Counted from the stretch's first letter, positions 25,588 to 40,267 are shown. The stretch: 64,000 nucleotides of DNA from Priapulus caudatus (GCF_000485595.1 NW_014577088.1:427249-491248); one strand, 5' to 3'. The notes: generated by a model not told the origin, from the sequence alone. Made by a program: numbers and translations.

Positions 25588-28232
25588 TGTAGTTCGGTAG
25601 ACTGAGTTGCAGCCTAAGCAGTGTTCTGTAAAGGTAACAACACAACAGTCCCCGAGGGAGTACACGAGTATAGCTCGTTGAGAGGTGAGAATTCGTGTGC
25701 AGTGCGAGTGTCGTCACTGAGTTTTGCTTGTTGGCATTGTCCATCAGCCCTACTCATACTTCACTTTGTATACGAAAGGAGAGCATATACACCTTCCCAT
25801 AGACTTGACACAAGATGCCAATAACTACCCGTGCAAGGCAAGCTAGAGGAAAATGAACCCGGCGAGCAACATCGTTGCCCCGTAGTTCTACTTCGCTCGT
25901 GGATGAAGAGGGTGTCGTGCCTCCCAACACGATGAGCACCGAGAGCATACTGCTGGGGCGCTGGCAGGTAAGGCCAGGGGAAAGTCGCTAGCCGCACCAC
26001 CCCCGAGCCGAGGACCACCTCACACCCCACAGCTCGGTAACTTACGTGATCCAAAGATGGAGGTAGTCTCCCTTCTCGAAGACGCATTCCCCTTCATTCC
26101 CCCTGCAAAAGTAAGAGGCGTGAGAACGTTTCCAAACCTGCAGTTACCGGGTAGCAGCAGCAGTAGGACACGAGCTAAATATATAAATAGATATATCACG
26201 CGCAAATAGCAACAAGTCGCCAGCCATTTGCAATATGAATCACGATAACATAATCATCGTGAAAGGCATGCAAACCATTTATGTTCTCTTGATATTATAT
26301 ATTCACAGGTAAACCAGTGAATATGAAAAGGCACATGTCAGGTAGCGCTGGAGATCGTTTCTCAGAAGCCGTGGTCACACGATTACCTCGAATTTTTTCC
26401 AACAGAGCGATTATATACATTACATGCTCTTAATTGCAACCTAACGTTGTGGAAACATTATGTCAGACATTTTTCTGGTCTGTCATTTTGGTGTCTCATT
26501 TGACTGTCATCTTACCAACATATTATGTAATCATAGTTTACGCAGGTGCTTCACAGCAATCATCCACGTACAATAGAGTAGCGATTCTACAAGGACAGAG
26601 CGCACGAATGAGCTATGGTCTCCTGTTGAAGTAAAATACAACGGTTTAATAGTTTCTCTAAAGGCCAAACTGCCGTGCAACTTTACAGTCACAAAACATT
26701 GGAACATACTACACGTATCCTCGCGGCAAAATATCCCCAAAATGCACATGGTGTCCTCGCTAAGGAAGGATCGCGAAAAGACCTTCAATGAACATAACAG
26801 TATTACTGATCCCGAATTAGTACATTATTTTCTGATTGGGAAAGTAGACGTCTAAAAGGGAGTAGAATTGCCGTGTTTTGCGATAAATATCATCCGTGTC
26901 ACGACCATATAATTATGCTAAAAAAAGCTGTATAAATGCTGACAGAGCTGTAACCTCGTGTAAATCGTAATGGTTCGTTGAGAATGAGTGGATAGGCTGC
27001 TCTTAGATGATTTAGTAACAAACAGCACACTAACTCACAAAAACCAAAATAGTCATAACGACGCAGCAGTAAAAACTACGATTAATGACTGAAGATGCTG
27101 GTAGAGGCAATAAACTGCAACCAGCATCCAGGCACCTGCAGTTATCGGGATGCCGTGGTGGGGGTAATAGCAATTTCAGTTTAAATTAGTGCTTCTAAAT
27201 AATAGTCAGACACACCGTTAAACGTTCTGGCGCAATTTAAATGCAACCATTTTGACTGATTGCGAGAAAAACAACCGAGAAAATATATGTTGCCCGCGGT
27301 AACGGAGGGCGAAAGTAACAGTGATTTTCATAGTCCACAAAACTATGTAATGCTTGAGCAGCCAGGCAATTATCGTTTTGTTTCATGTAAATAAATCTAG
27401 GGTAGGTATATAGTATGACACGGCGAAAGAGAACAAGAAGAATTCTATTTACTAGCAATACTACCTATGGTTCATTATGCGTAACTCAATAAACTTGAAC
27501 GGGATGGTTAAGATAAACATTCAATCAGCCATTTCCCTAATCGCATTTACCTAATATAATCACAACCCAGAGAGGTAGAGTGGAGCCTACGGCTTTCGGA
27601 CGAACCATGGCCTGGCCATTAATTTACAATACGACATAAAGACCCGTCGTATCATTTAGCAAACATTATATTGAGCTTCGGCAAGAAATTTGGTTTACAG
27701 ACAGAAATGTTAGATTCATGAGTGTTTTTTTCTACAATTAAATCTATTTATACTCATACTTGACTAACTTTGATCTAACGTCTTAGTTCACTGATTCAAC
27801 CCTTCGTTTTCCGCACATCTTGGCGGCCATCATTTGTGAGAAAGTGTTTATGCTAGGTGGTAGCACCACCTCTCAGTAGGCAATATTGATTTATAGTGTG
27901 CAATATTAGTTTTTATTTCATGGCACGTGACACACAGCGTCAATTCCATTACTGCTAGAGAACAAAATCAAATCGATCATTCGTGAGAAAAACTAAGCCA
28001 CTAAACTGGGAACATAGGATTCGATAAAATTCTACGTCTTCACGCATACATAACTAAAATATTCTCATTTTAAAACTCACGGGCGACTAACGACATTTGA
28101 CTAAGTCTACTTGTGACCAGTTTCGACAGGTATAAGCGATAATCTTATAAGTTTTATTCAAAAATTATGGTGTTTCTTTTACCAAACTAATAGACATGTA
28201 TATAACTTAGTTGATTCGTCTCACAATGCTAT

Positions 28233-28318
28233 CAAGAGCTAATCATATTATTATAATTTAAAATTATATAATTTATATTTATGATCATTATTAATATAAT
28301 TAGTATTATTAGCTCTTG
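28233..28318. mobile_element. Tiny palindromic CARGAG-family element
   Basis: caagagctaat...attagctcttg; TSD atgctat/atactat. Confidence 0.8.
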
Positions 28319-28897
28319 ATACTATCTGAGTATATACGCAAATTTGTGATTAGCTTTCGCGGCAAGCCAAAGTCGCGGTCACATTCGGGGTTACACGCAG
28401 TACAAGCAGATTATGGCCCCGTTAACGCTTCACGTGCCACTAATGCCGCCACTGAAGTAGCTGCTAAGTCTGTAGTCCTGGAATTATTTACGGTAGCAGA
28501 CACCAAACCGAACAGCCTCGCATTCACTCACTCGTTTACTCGCCTGCACTCCTAAACTCATACACTTCTCTTCACTTAGGCCTACTAATCGTAGTAAGAA
28601 CACAGTATTCGACGCCGCACGCCCTACCATGACGTAACCTGCGTCATGGTAGGGATCTATGTAAACACTGGGCGTAAACACCGTGTATGTAAACAACTAT
28701 TAGGGTCATCACGGAGGTGTTGATCGTAAATGTAGTCGTCATCGCTAATTTTATCAAAAATCGTTGAGCTTTTGCATGCGCGACACACGTGAAAAATGCT
28801 CGTTGAGCTTTTGCTTGGGTCATCGAGAGAGGAACACCGCGGGGTTCTCGATCGTGTCACACGTTTAGCAGTGTGCGTGCGTGCGCCCGCTGAACGT

Positions 28898-28962
28898 GCC
28901 GAAGCCGAAGCCAAAGCCGAAGCCGAAGCCGAAGCCGAAGCCGAAGCCGAAACCGAAGCCGA
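28898..28962. repeat. (GCCGAA)n hexamer repeat
   Basis: About 11 tandem units. Confidence 0.9.
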
Positions 28963-30345
28963 GGCAGTTATAGCATCGGGATATCCAACCACCAGGCGAA
29001 TGGCTGACAAACCTGCTCGTGCTGACACTAAAAACATATCAATCAGGGCGCGAGAGGAGAACTGGTGACGTCGATTCCCCTCACGAACAAACGAAAAAAG
29101 AGAAGAGAAAGCTCCAACTTCGAATTTCACTTTCGTTAAAAATGTCAGCAGAGTATGAGTCGCAGTGTTTAGCCTCGCGCGAGTGTTGCAATAAATTCCG
29201 TGGAATAAAATCAGACAGCGACAGTATGTTTATAAGTGGTTGGGTGCTTGCTTCGCGGCCTTTGTTAGTTCCTATATATATGTGCTATTGTGCGTTGCTC
29301 ATATTGACCCCCCAACTTTCACTTCCCCTACTTTTACACGCATAAAAGCAGTTTGCAAATCCTGCTTGCCGCATACTACCTGGTTGAACGACACGACTGC
29401 TGACATATCATTGACTGCTGCCAAATGGATACATAACAAAGCCGGTCTATGTAGACTAGCCGAGCAGATAAACTGCAACCGGGTTGTGATCCCTTGACAA
29501 CGTTCTCGTTACGGCTGGCACTTCGGAAGTCACAGATCCGCAAATGAAACGCGAGTGGGCAGATTTTAAACAACGTCACGCATCGTGTTGAAACGACGTA
29601 CGTACGCCTGTCGTTGTCACGCCGACTATACCTTACGTTCGTTTACCCTTACCCACTGCGCTTTTATTCGTGGACCATGCTAGGATTCTAGGAGGATGCT
29701 AGGATTGTGTAGGAGCAATAGAACTAAAGGCGTCTGATTCGGGTAAATAAAGCCCTCGGTTGTCACAACAATCTGCCATACTCGCTTGTATTGAAAGCTG
29801 TTTCATTGGTCTGTTTTATTATAACTGATATGGACGATGTACTAAACTACGGGTGCAGGAATAAGAAGCGTTAGATTTCTATATTGAACGTTTTGTATGC
29901 AATCTATACACGCGGTGCGATAGAATGTCCGTGTGTGCGTTCCACAGCTTAGTACAGCCACAATGACCGATAACACAACAGAGATTTAATCCCACCCATA
30001 TCATCCTGGTAAAGCGAGGCATTCTAAGTTACTAATGATATGAGGACAGGCAGTAAACAAGTACGACCGAGCATAGAGAGGAGTAACAGGTTTTGCATGG
30101 TTATAGCACAGTGCACTAACACGGGCGGTAATCAAACAAGGGGCTCCAGCTATATCGGTCAATGTTCCAGAAACAACTATAGGTTCAATGACAGCCGAAC
30201 AGTGACACATATCCGTATCAGCCAGAGCCATCCGAGAAACTGCTGCACAACACGCACACGCCCTCACACGAACGCACGTACACGCACGTACGCACACGTA
30301 TATCGTGCGCGCGCGCTTGCGTGCGTGCGTGCGTGCGTGCGTGCA

Positions 30346-30390
<45 letters not shown>

Positions 30391-30400
30391 NNNNNNNNNN

Positions 30401-30469
<69 letters not shown>

Positions 30470-31454
30470 TATGACGTACGTTCACACTTGATACATTCGT
30501 TGTAACCAAGGTAAGGTTAAAGGTATATTAGCGAGATTCTTGTTCAGAAACGCTCAATCCGGATAAAATATAGCAAAATATAGTCTCACCTCACAGCTGA
30601 TATATCACTGATAGCACTAACTTGAAAAACACTAAGATTTTATGCAGTTATAGCATAGAAAATTGGATATGAACTCATCGTAACACAATGAAAATAACAC
30701 CGAGTCACGAGATTGTATCAACTTATAATTTGTCGGTGCAACCGAGATTATGCGAGAGACGTGCAAGTCTATGGACGATAGCTGGAGATACTAGCTGGTC
30801 CAAGATTACAAGAAAGGGCGGTGCATGGTAGGACAATCTATAACGGTAGGTATCATAAAAGTGGGGGAAACACCAGATCATTATGGCTTAATTGCATTGG
30901 TTTACGTAGGCAGGTTAATGCCCGCTAGACCACTCCACGAACACTTATCTATGTCGATCTACACCGCTGTGTACATTAGGTGTTTACACACACACATCTG
31001 TGCTTACGTTGTTAGATCCCGCGGAGCACTCGCTACAAAATAGGGTAGGTTTACGTGCCACTTGAGAGATGGAATTGGGGGGCTCCAGTACTAACTCAGC
31101 ACATCAAAATGGGGGTCTCCGAAACTATAGGGTTTGATGGAAAGCATGATGCTTCGGAACTGGATATGTTTGCGAGAGAGGAACGGTGCGGTAATAGACG
31201 CGCGGCGTCAAATACCGGCGTGTGTTCGTACAGTGATGAGTCAATGAAAGAAGTGTGTGAGGTTGTGAGTGATGGCGAGTAAACGAGTGAGTGAATGCGA
31301 GGCTGTTCGGCTTGGTGCCTGCCCTTATCAATGATGATCTATCGTACTCGCTATATCAGCGGCCGCTGCTAATACCCGCCACGGCGCACATTTTCTCTAT
31401 TCTCCCCCTATCTCCCTTTCTTTCCTTCTCTATTTCTATATATCAATCAATCAA

Positions 31455-32697
31455 TCAGGTCGAGTCTCTTCGGGAAGAATGGTGATGGCGTGCCAGGATG
31501 GTTTGTGCAGCATAATTTCGCCGAATTTCATCGGCTGACTGCCAGTATCGCGTCTGAGTTGGTCGATGCACGTCAGTCGCTGGCCGCCCCGAGAAGCCCG
31601 ACCCTGTTGAGGTTCCCAGAGACGTGCGTGGCAACATATTACTGTGTCGGACACATGCAGTGCCCCACCAAACGCAATCTTCTCGATCGCATCTTAGAGG
31701 AGAGCGGTGGTAGTTCCCCATAAAGCACCTCATTCGGAACACGATCCTGCCAGGTGACATTAAATACTTTTCGGAGCATACTCGTGTAGCATCCACCAAG
31801 CCTGGTCTCGTCTCGTACTGTTAATGTCCAGGCCTCGCATCCGTAGGTGAGAATTGATTCTACCGAGGCCACGAAGATACGCTGTTTTAGCCCTTCCACC
31901 ATATTTGAGTTCCAGATGTTGTTCAGCTTGTGGAGCGCACGCCACAATGCTCCGTCTTATGTAGATAGTAAACCCGAGCTCTTCCTCGCGGCCATTTATT
32001 GCTTTGCGTAAAGCATAGTCAAGGGCTATCACAAACAGGTAAGGGGCTATGGTGTCGCCTTGGAGGACACCTACTTCGATACTAAACATGTCTGTTTCGC
32101 CGTCCGGTGAGAGGACTTTTGCCGAGGTTTTAGCGTACATATCGCTTATTGCATATGCCAACAGAATTTTTATGAGCTTACTCTGTGAATGCAATCAAAT
32201 GCCTTTCTGAAGTCAACAAACGTTAAGACTGCGGGCAAGTTATTTTTCTTTGCGCCCTCAATGAGACGTCGTAACGCAAGCACTTGTGCAGTTGTTGACC
32301 TTCCCTCCCTAAATCCATTCTGGTTGAGTCTTAAAAGAAGGTCTAAAGGTGGTCTAATCCTATTCAGAATCATTCTGTTGTAAACTTTCGCAACCACTGA
32401 GCTCAAGCTAATTCCCCTGTAGTTGTCCCTGTTTCTGAGATCGCCAGCTTTTGGTATGGGAATTATGTTCAGGATGGACCATTGCTCAGGAAGCTCACGG
32501 TTCTCATGCGCCCTATTAGCGATGCTCAAAACTAGGTCATCAATAGCCACCCACATCAAAACGTTGGAAACAACCCCATCTTCTCTACAGCTTTTCCCGG
32601 CTTTCAAAGATTGTTTGGCCTGATGATACTCATCAAGTGTAAAAGGACCGTCATTGATAGGAAGATCAAGGAAGACAGGTTCAATCACGATCCTCAT
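31455..32697 (-). pseudogene. Reverse transcriptase and C-terminal region of the LINE (frameshifted, catalytic xADD motif missing)
   Basis: ORF pieces 32170-32697, 31760-32194, 31639-31947 and 31455-31799. Confidence 0.9.
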
Positions 32698-33289
32698 CTA
32701 CATCCTGCACTGTCGGGGGGTTGTCAAGCAGATTTTTAAAGTGTACCATGAGTTGACCCTTTCACCTGTAGTTTTGCCATCAATTTGGATGGGGTAAGGT
32801 GCACGGTCCCCGGCAATCTACTTGACTAGTTTCCAACCCGCTGAATGCTGGTTACTAGCGCAACATGCTTCAGCCTGCTCTACTTTCTTAGCGAGACCTT
32901 CCGCCAGAACCTCATCGTAAGTTCTAGACAGCTATTCCTTTGCGTGAATGTAAGCTCTACCATCTCACCTATCACATGCAGTAAACGAATTGTAGGCCTC
33001 GTCTACGTCCCGGCGCGCGTCAGCTAATCGTGGGTTTGCAGAGAAAAGTATGTCTTTCCTTCTTTGTTAGAGGAGTCAACACCTCCTTAGCCGCTTCGTT
33101 GTTAGCTTCTATAAAGCGTGCATAACGAGAGGTTCCTGTTTGATTGATGTCCTCGCAAAGGAGCTGGAATCTATCTCTGATTGCCACCTCGTATCTATCC
33201 TGCAGTTCGAAGTTATTCTCGAGAGCCTTCCAGTTATAACTAACTTTTTCGACGCGTTCTTCTTCCGTGCTCTGAGACTTAGACGCACT

Positions 33290-34050
33290 TTAACCGACAC
33301 AAACCTGTAGTCAGAACCCACACTTGCCAATGAGTTGTAAGCTTGGCAATCCAGAATGCTGTTACGCCATTTTCGTCTTGCGAGTATGAAGTCGATTTGC
33401 TGTCTGTGTTTGACACCGTTAGAATCTGGTGGAGAGACTCAAGTCCATAACTTCTTGGGTGCCTTCTGGTACTAAGTATTGCAAGCTATTAGGGCATGCT
33501 CTTCAATTAAATCAAGAAGATATGATCCATTTCTGTTAGACTTCTCATGGCATGAGAATAACACCTCGTCCCTGCCCAGACGTCCGTTAAAATCGCCCAG
33601 GATAAGGAGGAAGTTATGGGCAGGCACAGCGCTTATTGTGCTACTGAGGTCAGAGTAGAATGTCTCAATTTCTTCCTCCGTCGCTGCACTTGTCGGACAA
33701 TAAGCCGAGATAACTGTTGTTATTGGATTGCTCTCAAAATTAGCTAGCAGAACTCTTGCAGATACAGACTTGACACTCAAGAGTGCTTTCCTTGCTTCTG
33801 GGCTCAGGGCAATGCCTACGCCGCCACCTGAGGCTTGTGCCGCATTGCGCCAGGCTGATGATGTTACTAGGTACTGCCTGCCCATTTCGTGGTAAGCGAT
33901 GACCTGGGTTGGGTCCTTGTGGATAATTCGATGTTCCTCGACTCCCATAACTGCAATCCCGTTCCTCGAAATATGATGTGCTAGCTCGAGTTGATTTCTA
34001 ACGATCCTGATTGTGTGGGTGTTCATTGTAGAGAACACCACATCCTTCTT
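33290..34050 (-). pseudogene. APE endonuclease domain of the LINE (disrupted)
   Basis: ORF 33472-34281 plus a continuation after the in-frame stop; catalytic SDH reads SDY. Confidence 0.88.
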
Positions 34051-34480
34051 GCATTTCAAAAGGGTAGCTTTGGGCTCTTTACATTCTTCGGCCGATCCCC
34101 TCTCAGAGGGGTTTGAGGGAGCGACGTCATTGTGCCTAAGAGGCAGTGTATCTGTTCCCGCAGCAGTGCTCCTGCTCACTTCCGGAGCTGGCAGCCGTAT
34201 AGAGGCTAGGTGTACTTGCTGATGACCAATTGAAATTGCCAAATTTAAATGCCAAATGAAAAAGAGGCCAAAAGAGGCCAAAAGAGGCCGAAAGAAATGC
34301 CAAAAAATGGCAGGCCACTTGCTGATGACGAATTGGCCGTATATTACGCGTCACATGCCTCTGGATATGGGGAGACCAGTCTGGGACGCCTAGATGTAAT
34401 AAGGCCATCCAGAAAGGTGCTACTCCTCCAGTGATCCTTTGCCCCCAAATATATANNNNNNNNNNNNNNNNNNNNNNNNN

Positions 34481-34522
<42 letters not shown>

Positions 34523-36474
34523 CTCGCTCTCTCTCTCTCTCTGTGCCTCGCTTTCTCTCTGTACGTGCGTGCGTACGTACGCGCGCGCCTGTGTGTGCCT
34601 GTCTGGCTTTCCCTCTCTCCCGCTTTGCCCAGAACGCCGCCGTAACTCAATTGTTATGATTGTTCGTGCGGAAAACCACCTCCTCATACTTAACGCTGCC
34701 TCACACACGCGTGTCTCCGAGACTCCCCTCCGTTTCGTTACAAGTCCGAGATTGAGAATTCCCGACCGCCCGCGCGCACGTCTCCACGCCAGCAAATTAC
34801 AGCGGTAGTTAAAACTCCACGTGTGTGCGCGCGTCTGCGTGCGTGCGTGGAATAGCGGCCAGCGGAGCGCGCTGACTGACAATCAACGCTCTGTTGCTAC
34901 ACGCCAGGGCAATTACCAGACGCTCTCGCAAGTCCTACGCATCACAGGCACTTCATTCGCGGGGAAAAACGCGGAAATTTGCAATTGCGCGCGTGTGTAC
35001 GCATCCGTGAGCATTTACGATGAGTAGTTAGTGAGCTTCACAACTGGAAACGTTTGATAGAGTTTATGTATATATATATATATACTCTAAACGCATTCCC
35101 TGTGCCTGTGTGCCGATTCTCCTCCTAAACTACCTGCCGATTAAAAACGTAGGTGGCACACAGAATAGGCGAAACAAATACTCATATTGTTGACGCGCAT
35201 TCCCGCATGCCATATATATATATGGGAGTACGTGTACGTGTGTGTTGGTCAGTGTTGTCATATGAGATAAATTAGACCGTTTTTCTGCGTGTGCACGCGT
35301 AAGCTTCATTCGTTTAATTTTCAATGAAAAGTGATAGGACAGAACTCTTGCAAATATTTTTTTAGAAACTACTTATTTTAACTCCTTCATGCATTTGACG
35401 GTGTGTGCGAGGCTCATTCGGTGTGAATTCACGTAGCGGCCGGGAGAGGTGAAAGCGAAGCCTATCAAAGCGACCATTTCCCGCGTGTGACAGGAAATGT
35501 TCGTTTACGGAAAAGGTTATAGAAGTATTATTGAATTAACAACATATATGGTGTCACTTGCAACGTCACTTTAACGGGTGGCGTAATTTCTCGAAACACC
35601 CTCTTTTTTGGCACGTATAACTGCCTATAGGAAATAATTTCCCACCGTATTACCTACATAGCCACAGGTATCTTGCCCGGAATCAAGGCTCCATGTAGGT
35701 GTTGTACAACAGTAGAAGGCGTCCATATAGGCATCGGGCTTGAATAAGCATCGAGCAGAAATTAATGAAAAATACTCAGAGTAGGGGTAGAAATTAACAT
35801 TTGAACACGGAAGTCCAACGGACTCCCTACCCTCAAAAAGAAAGAGTCCGCAGCAAAATGAGGGAGTCCGCCATGTGAGGTTCAAAATTAAATATAACGC
35901 ATGTGCTTATTTTGAAGATTCATGCGGTTGCACGTCTGCCAAATTTTCTTTGGACATTAGCTGAAAAAATACGGTAATTCTGCGAGGCCGCGTGCTCTGG
36001 AACGAACTAGTTAGTATGGCAGAATTTTCAGGGAGTCACACGGACTCCTGCACATGTCAAATCAGGGGGTCCGAAAGTAAATCAGGGAGTATTTGACTCC
36101 GGACCCTTAATTTCGCACCCTGCCAGAGTGTTTCGTCGCATACACAACATACACTTTATTAATGCTAAATACCCACAGATTCAAGGTCTTAACCCCGCTC
36201 GAAACTTTTGCCAGCTAAATGATGCGCATTTCTAGAAGGTAGTCGGACACCGTTTCAAATGACGGAATGGCACAATTACACGACAAGACCAATCTCACTT
36301 CTAATGCCTTTCTCTGTACGTCGTCGAGGCATCTACCTTGCGTGCATAATGCAAATTAATGCACTCTAGTTCGGAATTTTACCGCAAAAAAAAATTCAAA
36401 AGAAGGCCTTTTCCAGAGACGAAGTAGTGCAACATTAGGTAAACAGTTGGCAGAAGGCTATTGTTGTATGCTAC

Positions 36475-36527
36475 CAAGTGTCCATAATAGAGATGTCCAT
36501 AATATAGATCTCTATTATGGACTCTTG
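36475..36527. mobile_element. Tiny palindromic CARGAG-family element
   Basis: caagtgtccataatagagat...atctctattatggactcttg; TSD atgctac/atgcttc. Confidence 0.75.
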
Positions 36528-38634
36528 ATGCTTCCTATAGTTACCGGCGGGCGTGATTACTATTTGTCAAGCATTGTCGTCTGCAAACGAACGTCCTGCT
36601 CGTTGGTTTAGCCACCACGCGTCTCCGCGTTTACCGAAAGTATGTGTACGGCAAAAGATATGAACACTTCTATGTAACTTTGTAGGCTTTCTGCATGGCG
36701 CAAACACACTTATAGGTCTTATGCAATAAGTATTTCTACAACGTGTTTGATTTTATTCCAGTCCATTCCATTTCTTTTCATTCCATTCACAGCGCCTCTT
36801 GCGATTACATCATGGGCCTTTGTGCGAGCCGTACACGAAGGTAGTACAATCCAAGAGTGCAAATTATTTCATTTTCCCTTAGGAAGTTCCAACAGTTGAT
36901 AGGGCCATACGTGTTAATAACTTAAAGGAGCGATGATATATCGTGTGATCTGCAGTGTGTGCATTGCATGCCGTTATAGTCTTGCACCTGGTCTACTAAG
37001 GTGTCACTAATATTCATATATCAATCCATAGCTATAGCTGATATTACATTAGTAGACACTCGTGCCCTCTTGCGCAGCATGGTCACGCTATGCAAACTAT
37101 GTGTAGCCCGAAGATATCTGAAATGTGCACGGAAAAGCATCCGTACGGAATACAATACGTTATAACAGGATACGTACCAAAACTCACAAACATACCGTTT
37201 TTTTTCGAGTGTGCACCAGACGGAATTGAATTGGTAGGAGTTCTTAGATATTACGATATTTTAATGAAAACTGTTCAAGAGCTTCCGACCCACTTATAAT
37301 CGACCCTCCCCAGCTATGTGATTCAAGTAGCCTCCTCTCGTGCGTATATGGAGCTAGTACATATGTGATTAAATATATAGTCGACGCAGACAAATGAGGT
37401 GCATCGCGAGTGTTCAAGATGACAAATGTCCCCATTTCCGACGTCACGGGTGTGACGGTGTCACCGAAGTGTCAGCAATATGTCACGGGTGTCACCCGCG
37501 TTTCATGGCCCAGGTAAACACGCAGCCCCCGGTCACGGCTCGTAGCATGTCTTACTTTATAAACGCGTGCATGTCGAAATTGGCCGCTTTTGCTTTCATT
37601 GACCCCCAGCGATGACACACATGGCACGAACTTGATGCGGCGCGGGCAGACCGGCTTAGAGCTGAAGACAATGGCGGACGAACCTTTTACCAGAATTAAA
37701 TTACTATCATATAACATCGCCTAGCAGGCGCGAATGAAACAAGCAGGCGCGGGGCTGGTCTGCCGGTATTCAGGGTTAAAACTAGGTTCGCCGCAGTTAT
37801 GCAGACGTCCGATAGTCAGTCCTTCCGCAACAGCAAGCGTATACGGTAAATACGTAAAAGGCTAACGTGTCTTGGAACACTCGATCACGCCTCATTATGT
37901 TCACCAAAATATACATTGATATAAATTTCGTTTAGGTAGTGTTAATTAGCTTTCGTTAAGTAGATTTGTTTACATATGCCGACATCACGTGAATCTCACA
38001 CCGCACGAGATGTCATCGAGTACCTTGTCTCTACACTACTTTTATTTATATATCGAGATAGGGTACCAGTCTAGAAAACTTGCGTCATAGATTCAGATAC
38101 ATTTGCATTCGTGGCGCCATTTTCAGATTTAATATTTGCGAATCATAGGAATGCGGGCTCAAGCTTGCTGTTAATCTGCTGTTTGATAGCCTATAGCAGC
38201 ACAAACAACAGACAATTTTTGTGTTGCAGTAACCAGTAATATGTCATCTATAAGCGAGACCTAAATTGTCTGCATGTGTTTTTATTTTTTGATTTATTTG
38301 AGAGATGCACATTTTAACTGGCTCAACTGCATAACCAGGCTAACTCATTGAACTAAAAATAAGCACTCAATCAATGTGCATCTATCTACGGAGTCTCTAT
38401 GGAAAACATCTAATTTGTCCTCTCCTCAATTGAAACGCGAGAACAACAACCGACGTTCATAAGTGAGTACTGTTAAGGCAAGTACGCTGTATGTATGCAT
38501 CACTGATACAACCAGGAGACAACCAGTACTGATTCACTGCACACGCGTTCACTCTCCTACTCGGGTGCCTAATTACACTGCAACGCGGTCCATAACCTCG
38601 CCACGTTTATCGCCATTCCAAGATACGCCTACAT

Positions 38635-38700
38635 CAGGAGTGAATAATAATATATATCTATTAATGATTTAATAGATCTATTAATTATTATTCGCTCCTG
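38635..38700. mobile_element. Tiny palindromic CARGAG-family element
   Basis: caggagtgaataataa...ttattattcgctcctg; perfect TSD cctacat. Confidence 0.85.
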
Positions 38701-39824
38701 CCTACATCATTTCAATTTAATATTGACCAGCGCACAGCTTTGCGTACGCGAATTCTCAGACAAGATAAACAAATTAAATGTATGGAACCCAAACGCAGAA
38801 TCCTGCACCGTGTTCCGTGGACGTGTAGGTCACTGCTACAGGGGTTGGTGCGCGTTCACGGACAAGAGCTTGATCGAGTAGCAGCTAGGTTGAAAGTCAA
38901 AACTCCACAACATCGCGCGATTCGAGCGCAGACAAAACGAAACAAAGGGGGAAAGTTTAATCGACGCGAGTCACGAAACCTATGCAACAAGAGTAAAATA
39001 CGGGCAGTACGCCGCCGGCGCCGATTATACTAGCGAGTTATTTCCCGAACGCTAACACACCCCGGCACCATTCAAACAACAGCGCAAACCTCTTCAGAGG
39101 TTAGTGACAGCAACAGCCGCGGTCAAACGCCATTTCGGGCGCTGATTCATAGCCCCAGGCGCGCTGCCCTCCAACTCGCAACACTAACCGCCTGCGGGCC
39201 TACGGATACGCAACTTCCAACCAGGTGTTACAAGCCGCAATATGCTCACTTAGTTTAGTATTAGTTTTAGTTTTAGTATTAGTTTAGTATTTGCTCACGT
39301 AAAGTAGTTTCAGACTAAGCCTGCCGCGGTCCACGGTGTATTAATCCCAACCCATACTGATTTGACTGAACCTATGCCATACTGATTGGCAATGAATGGA
39401 GACCCATACGGAGCGGTGAATCTACACACACGCGCGATACAGATTTCATGCGCATACCGCATACCCTCGGTACAACTTTTGGTATACTGGGACAACGTAT
39501 ATACCCTACTGGGGTTTGGAGACGGACTCTGTCGTTGAGAAAGGGGTTCTTAGACCCTTTAGGACGTTTTGAAGCCAGTCTATGTCACGACGCGACAACA
39601 AACTCGGCAGGTGCACCCTTGCTGAAGTTTACGTGATTGCTGGATGGCTAACTAAACGAGAAAGCCGAAAGACGGCTCACATCGACTTGCACGAGTCCGA
39701 GCCAGTGTTTAGAATGTAATGCTACGCGGTGACGTCTTTTCATAAGCACAGTAATGACGGGTAGCCTTTCACACGATATATATATTATATCATTGATTAT
39801 ATATATATTAATCGCGCGCGCGGC

Positions 39825-39855
<31 letters not shown>

Positions 39856-39858
39856 TGT

Positions 39859-39894
<36 letters not shown>

Positions 39895-39950
39895 GTGTGT
39901 GTGTGTGTGGGGGGGGTGGTGTGTGTGTGTGTGTGTGTGTGTGTTGTGTG

Positions 39951-40027
<77 letters not shown>

Positions 40028-40236
40028 GTGTGTGTGTGTGTGGGTGTGTGTGTGGGTGGTTGGTTGCTTGGGTGGGTGTGTGACCGCGTGTCCGTGTATC
40101 CGTGCGTGCGAGCGCGTGTGTGTACGGGCGCGTGCATGCATGATTATACTAGTAGTACACCCAAACTGGTTTTGCTATAATCGCACCGACTGCATGCTAC
40201 CCATAGCAACACTCTAACTCTCTATCTCACACTCTT

Positions 40237-40267
<31 letters not shown>

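Larger units (their letters stand above)
31442..34450 (-). mobile_element. Near full-length degenerate RTE-clade non-LTR retrotransposon (APE + RT)
   Basis: APE motifs TMN..., GVEEHR, GGVG, AYCPT, GDFN, QIDFIL...SDY; RT motifs YRGISL, QNGFR.GRSTT, VDFRKAFD, GVLQGD; C-terminal LTYGCEAWTL...RRLRLVGH; (TGAT)n 3' tail at 31442-31457. Multiple frameshifts. Confidence 0.93.
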
